From: Bdellovibrionales bacterium
Lineage (GTDB): Bacteria; Bdellovibrionota; Bdellovibrionia; Bdellovibrionales; UBA1609
Reading direction: 5' to 3'
DNA length: 11,068 bases
NCBI GenBank assembly: GCA_050246815.1
Contig: JBFWVI010000075.1
Coordinates: 1 to 11,068, forward strand
Part shown: in pieces, positions 6,157 to 11,068 of the stretch
How positions within the stretch are numbered: the stretch's first letter is position 1
How the letters are laid out: the number at the start of each line of letters is the position of its first letter
Program-made: the position numbers and the translations under genes
The notes under the pieces: generated by a model
What the model saw: only the letters and a program-made list of their open reading frames with translations
What the model was told of the DNA's origin: nothing
The model's database searches: none

Positions 6157-7287
6157 ATGCAGCGAAAAATGGCCTTAGTCCTGTCGGGCGGTGGTGCCCG
6201 CGGAGCTTTTCAAGCGGGAGTCGTCCGCGCCCTGTTTGAGATCTCGAAAGAGGCCGGCCATATGAATTTGTTCCGTATCGTCACGGGTGTCAGCGCGGGG
6301 TCCATCAACGCGGCTTTTTTGGCCACACAGGCCGACGATCTGGATGGTGCAACCGCGCGGCTATGTGACCTGTGGCGCAAACTTCAAGCAGAAGATGTGT
6401 TTCGCACAGACTACACCTCTGTCACGCGTAGCGCCCTGAAACTGGTGCGCGGAGTTTCATTGGGTGGTATCAGCGACAAACTGCGTCCGGTTTCGACGGG
6501 CTTATTAAACACCGAGCCGCTCAGGCAAACGCTGGCCGAGGTTCTTTCTTTTGCAAAAATCGGCGAAAACTTAATGAACGATCGCCTGGATGCAGTCAGT
6601 GTTTCCGCCACAGATTATTCAACCTCGGTAGGGGTCAGTTTCGTGCAGGGACGAAAGGACTTCACACCCTGGAAAAGCGCCAACCGCACAAGTGCATTCA
6701 CCACTTTGACGGTGGACCACATCATGGCCTCTTCAGCCATCCCTTTGTTTTTTTCGCCTATTTCCGTGGATGGTCGCGCCTATGGTGACGGCTGCCTTCG
6801 CAACACGGCCCCTTTAAGTCCGGCCGTGCATTTGGGTGGTGAACGCTTAGTGGTGGTGGGTGTTCGCCGTACCCACGACATCGATCTCAGCAGTGCCCCC
6901 AATCTCGCCCCCTCTTTGGGACGCGTTTTGAGTGTGCTGATCAACGCCATTTTCATGGATGCCGTCGAAGTGGACTTGGAACGTTTAAGAATCATCAATC
7001 AAACCGTAGACCAATTGCGCCAAGCCGGGCTGCACTCTCCGTACCGCCCCATTGAGGCTCTTTATATTTGTCCGTCCGAGGGGCTATCGGATATCGCACA
7101 AACCCGCAATGATGAACTGCCAAAAATCATCCGATTCTTGCTGGCGGGCCTTGGCACCCCCGAAGAAGCCGCCGAAATTTTAAGCTATCTGTTATTTGAA
7201 CCCGGCTACTGTGGGTCCCTTGTGGACCTGGGGTATAAAGACACCATGTCCCGCCGCGCCGAAATCCTAGCTTATTTGAACAGCTAA
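6157..7287 (+). CDS. Patatin-like phospholipase (PNPLA family)
   Basis: 376 aa. LVLSGGGARGAFQAG oxyanion motif, GVSAG nucleophile elbow, ASSAIP and YGDGC catalytic Asp motif. No signal peptide. Starts 11 nt after the nuclease stop. Confidence 0.92.
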   Translation: MQRKMALVLSGGGARGAFQAGVVRALFEISKEAGHMNLFRIVTGVSAGSINAAFLATQADDLDGATARLCDLWRKLQAEDVFRTDYTSVTRSALKLVRGVSLGGISDKLRPVSTGLLNTEPLRQTLAEVLSFAKIGENLMNDRLDAVSVSATDYSTSVGVSFVQGRKDFTPWKSANRTSAFTTLTVDHIMASSAIPLFFSPISVDGRAYGDGCLRNTAPLSPAVHLGGERLVVVGVRRTHDIDLSSAPNLAPSLGRVLSVLINAIFMDAVEVDLERLRIINQTVDQLRQAGLHSPYRPIEALYICPSEGLSDIAQTRNDELPKIIRFLLAGLGTPEEAAEILSYLLFEPGYCGSLVDLGYKDTMSRRAEILAYLNS

Positions 7288-7315
7288 CAGATTTATCCGT
7301 TCGGCCCCAAGCCAC

Positions 7316-7344
7316 TTGCCAAGCGGCACGGCGTAGTCAACAAT
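7316..7344 (+). promoter_or_regulatory. Putative sigma70 promoter for the FKBP gene
   Basis: TTGCCA-N17-AACAAT in the 68-nt gap, followed by GGAGG at 7359-7363. Confidence 0.3.
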
Positions 7345-7355
7345 CATTCTGTGTA

Positions 7356-7862
7356 ATGGGAGGCCTTGTGGCGTTGAAAAAGGGTTGGCGTCTACTGTTA
7401 ATCAGCGTGGTTTTGTTCAGCGCGGGTTGTTCGCGCTTTTGCAGCAAAAAGGGCCCCGGCACAAAACCTGGTGAGCAACAAGAAAAAGTCGTGGTCACCC
7501 CCAACTACAATGGCATCACGGTCACCCATGTGGTCACACGTGAAATGCAGGCCGGCAAAGGCAAAGAGGTCGCCGACAATAGCACAGTGAAGGTCAAGTA
7601 TACGGAATGGGTTTATGATCCCGCCGCTCTGGCCAATCAAGGTCCAAAGATTTATGAAACCAAAGACACTCCTATCGAAATCAAAATCGGTGCGGGCAAG
7701 GTTATCAAAGGACTTGAGCAAGGCCTAAAAGGCATGCGCAAGGGTGGCAAACGCCAGCTGATCATTCCGGCAGAAGAAGCCTACGGCGATCAGGGGCAAG
7801 CGCCCAAAATACCACCCAAAGCAATGGTCATGATCGACGTCGAGCTTATCGACGTCCAATAG
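7356..7862 (+). CDS. FKBP-type peptidyl-prolyl isomerase fold protein, probable lipoprotein
   Basis: Motifs GKGKEV, VKVKY, GAGKVIKGLEQGLKGMRKGGKRQLIIPAEEAYG and IPPKAMVMIDVELIDV. The N-terminus KKGWRLLLISVVLFSAG|C is signal/lipobox-like. The true start may be GTG 7368 or TTG 7374, downstream of GGAGG. Confidence 0.88.
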   Translation: MGGLVALKKGWRLLLISVVLFSAGCSRFCSKKGPGTKPGEQQEKVVVTPNYNGITVTHVVTREMQAGKGKEVADNSTVKVKYTEWVYDPAALANQGPKIYETKDTPIEIKIGAGKVIKGLEQGLKGMRKGGKRQLIIPAEEAYGDQGQAPKIPPKAMVMIDVELIDVQ

Positions 7863-7881
7863 ACCCCCGAACTGAACTTTA

Positions 7882-7905
7882 GCCTGGGGCGTCTGACACC
7901 CAGGC
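7882..7905 (+). terminator. GC-rich stem-loop after the FKBP gene (GCCTGGG-N10-CCCAGGC)
   Basis: 7-bp perfect stem 19 nt after the stop. The downstream U-tract is weak (CTTGCATCTT), so it may be a weak terminator or an mRNA-stabilising hairpin. Confidence 0.3.
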
Positions 7906-7942
7906 CTTGCATCTTCAGTCTTTTCCGCCGAAAAGAAGACCG

Positions 7943-10033
7943 ATGACCACCGTCAACGACAAATCCCTCTTTTTTAACCGGGAACTTGGCTGGCTTAAGT
8001 TCAATAAACGGGTTTTGGCCCAAGCCGAAGACCCGCGATTCCCTTTGCTCGAACGGGTCAAGTTTCTCAATATTTTCAATTCAAACCTGGACGAATTTTT
8101 TATGAAGCGCGTGGGAGGGCTGCAGCGGCAATTCTTCGCCAACGTCGCCACCTCTTCGCTGGACGGCTTAAATCCCGAAGATCAATTGCGCCTGATTCGG
8201 GCTGAAGTTTTAAATTTGAACGAGCAGGTTCGTGAACTGAGTTCACAGCTTTTGCCGCAGCTCAGTCAACAGGGCATCCACCTGCTCAATTGGAGCGAGC
8301 TGAGCGAAACCGAGAAAACCTGGGCCACACATTTTTTTCGCGATAAGATCTTTCCGGTTTTGACCCCCATGGCGGTAGACCCCGGCCATCCATTCCCGTT
8401 GATTTCGAATTTATCGAATTCGCTGGCTGTGTCTTTGCAAATCCCAAATGAAGAAGATTTGCTTTTCGCGCGAATTAAAATTCCCGATGTTTTTCCCTCA
8501 TGGCTGCGGGTCCCAAACACTCCCGTCGGAGTTGAAAAGTTCATCAGCTGCAGCGAAGTGATCCGCCAGAATTTGAGCGAGCTCTTCCCGCGCATGACGA
8601 TTCGAAACGTCATGGCATTTCGCGTGACCCGCAACATCGACATCGAGGCCGCCGACGAAGATGGGGCCGAAGATCTTTTGGAGCTGATTGAAGAAGAGGT
8701 CAAGCAGCGCCGTTTCGCCGAAGTGGTGCGCCTGGAACATGGACCGAACCCGGATCCATGGCTACTTCATTTCTTAATTGAAGAGCTGGAGCTTGGTACG
8801 GAGGATATCTATGTTTACCCCCAGCCCCTAGAGTTTAAGAACCTGCAGTCCGTGGCCGAACTGAATGTGCCAGGGCTGAAGTTCAAGCCCTGGAATCCGG
8901 TCAGCATGCCCCCTTTGACGGATGAATCTCTCAACATTTTCAATGTGATTCGTAACTCGGACCTGTTTGTGCACCACCCTTATGAAAGCTTTTCGACCAG
9001 TGTTGAACGCTTCATTCAAACGGCGGCCAACGACCCGGCCGTGGTGGCCATCAAAATGACCCTGTACCGCACCAGCGAACAAAGTCCCATCGTGCATGCT
9101 TTGATCCGCGCCGCCGAAGATGGCAAGCAGGTGGTGTGTTTGGTGGAACTAAAAGCTCGCTTGGATGAGGAGCGGAATATCTATTGGGCCCAGGCCATGG
9201 AGCGAGCCGGCGTGCATGTGGTGTACGGCGTGATGGGATTAAAAACTCATGCCAAATGCGCTCTGGTGGTCCGCCGTGAAAAGGACGAGTTCCGCAGTTA
9301 CGCCCACATCGGCACCGGAAACTATCACCCGCAAACCGCCAAAATATACACCGACATGGGACTGCTGACGGCGCGCCCCGAAGTCACATCGGAGCTGGTT
9401 GAGGTGTTTCACTATTTAACTGGTCGTTCCCTAAAAGCGGACTATCGCCATCTTCTCGTGTCGCCCATCAACGCGCGCCAATCCTTTCTTGAAATGATCC
9501 GCCGTGAATCAGAAAACGCCAAGGGCGGAGGCCCCAGCGGTATTGTCGCGAAAATGAATAATCTTGAGGACCGTCAGATTATTGAAGCTCTTTACGAGGC
9601 CTCTCAAGCTGGTGTCCAGATTCAGCTTTTGATCCGTGGTTTTTCCTCGATTCGCCCTAAGCTGCCGGGTGTTTCTGACAACATTTCTGTCATTTCGATT
9701 ATCGGGCCGTTTTTAGAGCATTCCCGGGTATTTTATTTCCGCAATGGCCAAGCTCAAGAGATCGATGGCCGCTTTTTTATTGGCTCAGCCGATTGGATGA
9801 CCCGAAATTTAACAAGCCGGGTGGAAGTCATGAGTCCGGTGGAAGATCGCCAGGCTCGTGAACGCATTTGGGAAGCCCTGCAGATCATGCTCAAGGACCA
9901 GCGTCTTGCATGGGACATGGATTCGGACGGCCACTATCATCAAAGAAAGCCTCGAACACCTGAAGAAGAACAAGGTTGCCATGAGGCTTTAAGCGAACGT
10001 GCTCGCCTGCGCAGCTTGCTTCATAAACCTTAA
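7943..10033 (+). CDS. ppk1: Polyphosphate kinase 1
   Basis: Preferred start is ATG 7943 (696 aa). Motifs: NRELGWLKFNKRVL, PLLERVKFL, SNLDEFFMKRVGGL, HHPYESF, IKMTLYRT, ELKARLDE, LKTHAK (phospho-His), HIGTGNY, FLEHSR and GSADWMTRNL..RVE. Confidence 0.97.
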   Translation: MTTVNDKSLFFNRELGWLKFNKRVLAQAEDPRFPLLERVKFLNIFNSNLDEFFMKRVGGLQRQFFANVATSSLDGLNPEDQLRLIRAEVLNLNEQVRELSSQLLPQLSQQGIHLLNWSELSETEKTWATHFFRDKIFPVLTPMAVDPGHPFPLISNLSNSLAVSLQIPNEEDLLFARIKIPDVFPSWLRVPNTPVGVEKFISCSEVIRQNLSELFPRMTIRNVMAFRVTRNIDIEAADEDGAEDLLELIEEEVKQRRFAEVVRLEHGPNPDPWLLHFLIEELELGTEDIYVYPQPLEFKNLQSVAELNVPGLKFKPWNPVSMPPLTDESLNIFNVIRNSDLFVHHPYESFSTSVERFIQTAANDPAVVAIKMTLYRTSEQSPIVHALIRAAEDGKQVVCLVELKARLDEERNIYWAQAMERAGVHVVYGVMGLKTHAKCALVVRREKDEFRSYAHIGTGNYHPQTAKIYTDMGLLTARPEVTSELVEVFHYLTGRSLKADYRHLLVSPINARQSFLEMIRRESENAKGGGPSGIVAKMNNLEDRQIIEALYEASQAGVQIQLLIRGFSSIRPKLPGVSDNISVISIIGPFLEHSRVFYFRNGQAQEIDGRFFIGSADWMTRNLTSRVEVMSPVEDRQARERIWEALQIMLKDQRLAWDMDSDGHYHQRKPRTPEEEQGCHEALSERARLRSLLHKP

Positions 10034-10076
10034 GAATCACTTGCCAGATTGTAGCCCCGTTTGATGACATGGCGAC

Positions 10077-11036
10077 ATGGCGGGACCTGAACCCAACACT
10101 TTTGGCACAATTGATATCGGTTCAAACGGAGTGCGCTTTTTTATCGGTCGCCTGCAACGGGGGCGCACTCAAGTTCTAGTCGATCACCGAGAACCAATCC
10201 GTTTGGGCCAAGATTCCTTTCGTGACGGGCGAATCTCCCCGCGAATGGTGCATCGTTTGGTGCAAAGCTTTCTTGAGTTTCGACGGCACGCCGAGGCCCA
10301 CGGCGTTTTGCACTGGCAAGCAGTTGCCACCAGCGCACTTCGAGACTCGCGCAATCGAACTGAGGTGGTGCAAGAAATTTGGCGACGGACCGGGGTGCAC
10401 ATCGAAGTCATTGATGGCCTTACGGAAGCACGACTGCTGCACTTGGCCGTTCAGCGCAGTATGCCGCTGGGAACCCGTCACGCTTTGCTTTTTGACCTGG
10501 GCGGCGGCAGCCTTGAAATTATTAGTGCCCGAGGGGCACGGATACAGCATGCCACCAGCCTGAAGTTGGGCACCGTTCGGCTATTAAAACGGGGCGGAGT
10601 GGACAGCCCCTATTCCACCTATCAAGCACTGATTCATCGCGAGCTAGAAGATCTGGTACAGACTTGCGCCGATCCGTTTCAGCAGTTGATCAAACCACAA
10701 CTTTTGATCGGAACCGGTGGTAATTTGCGGGCATTGACCAGGTTGTCCGCCCGGCTTCACCATCACCCTATTCGTCCCCAACTGTCGATCGACGAACTCG
10801 AACACATGACCGAATTGCTGTTTCGGCTCTCCTTGGTCAAACGACGCAAGCAACTGCGTTTAAAGCCCAATCGCGCCGATGTGATTCGACCTGCGGCCGC
10901 AATTGCCCTCGAAATCATGCGAAATTTCAATTTCACTCGTTTGACGATCCCCAATGTTGGCATCAAAAACGGGGTCTTTTGGAAGCTGGCTGAAGCCGTA
11001 ACTGCTGGCCGCACGAACCGAGCACTGCATTTATAA
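10077..11036 (+). CDS. ppx: Ppx/GppA family exopolyphosphatase, short form (ASKHA domains only, no C-terminal HD domain)
   Basis: 319 aa. Motifs: IDIGSNGVR, ATSALRD, IDGLTEARL (catalytic Glu), DLGGGSLE, LGTVRL, GTGGN and RADVI. Lies directly downstream of ppk1. Confidence 0.88.
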   Translation: MAGPEPNTFGTIDIGSNGVRFFIGRLQRGRTQVLVDHREPIRLGQDSFRDGRISPRMVHRLVQSFLEFRRHAEAHGVLHWQAVATSALRDSRNRTEVVQEIWRRTGVHIEVIDGLTEARLLHLAVQRSMPLGTRHALLFDLGGGSLEIISARGARIQHATSLKLGTVRLLKRGGVDSPYSTYQALIHRELEDLVQTCADPFQQLIKPQLLIGTGGNLRALTRLSARLHHHPIRPQLSIDELEHMTELLFRLSLVKRRKQLRLKPNRADVIRPAAAIALEIMRNFNFTRLTIPNVGIKNGVFWKLAEAVTAGRTNRALHL

Positions 11037-11068
11037 AAAAGTAAAAACGCCCTGATCTAAATTGCACG

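Noticed and set aside
6781..6795. Patatin DGC in place of DGG as a sign of inactivity
   Set aside because: The catalytic Asp and the Ser motif are intact; variation at the third position is common in bacterial patatins.
5291..7287. Nuclease plus patatin as an anti-phage system (for example CBASS CapV/NucC-like effectors)
   Set aside because: No CD-NTase, sensor or other defence gene nearby. The nuclease is a signal-peptide-bearing endonuclease I type, and the flanking genes look like core genome with similar composition.
7907..7942. TTG start at 7907 for ppk1
   Set aside because: It lies immediately after the hairpin with no SD. ATG 7943 follows a purine-rich tract and places NREL at the usual distance from the N-terminus.
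10077..11036. Short ppx as a truncated pseudogene
   Set aside because: Ppx/GppA proteins of about 300-320 aa without the HD domain are a well-known form. All catalytic motifs are present and the ORF ends cleanly.

Overview
Gene-dense bacterial window of moderate GC with two divergent gene runs around a short divergent promoter region (5122-5290). Gene content and protein style suggest a Bdellovibrionota-like predator; this is inference only. The minus strand carries a stand-alone AgmX/PglI-C (TonB-C-like) lipoprotein, an 800-aa FHA/coiled-coil membrane protein, a GT9 LPS heptosyltransferase-family gene, and an overlapping polytopic membrane glycosyltransferase that runs off the left edge and is missing from the ORF track. 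That last protein carries GT22 (ALG9/PIG-B-like) mannosyltransferase motifs. The plus strand carries a secreted endonuclease I-family nuclease, a patatin-like phospholipase, an FKBP-fold probable lipoprotein with a degenerate active site, ppk1, and a short Ppx/GppA. Best leads: (1) the GT9-GT22 pair as a candidate LPS/lipid A mannosylation module; (2) tandem Thr motifs next to an intact FHA domain, which could be self-ligands; (3) a perfect 12-bp-arm palindrome at the start of the FHA gene; (4) a probable pseudo-PPIase FKBP. No mobile element, CRISPR array or structural RNA gene was seen.
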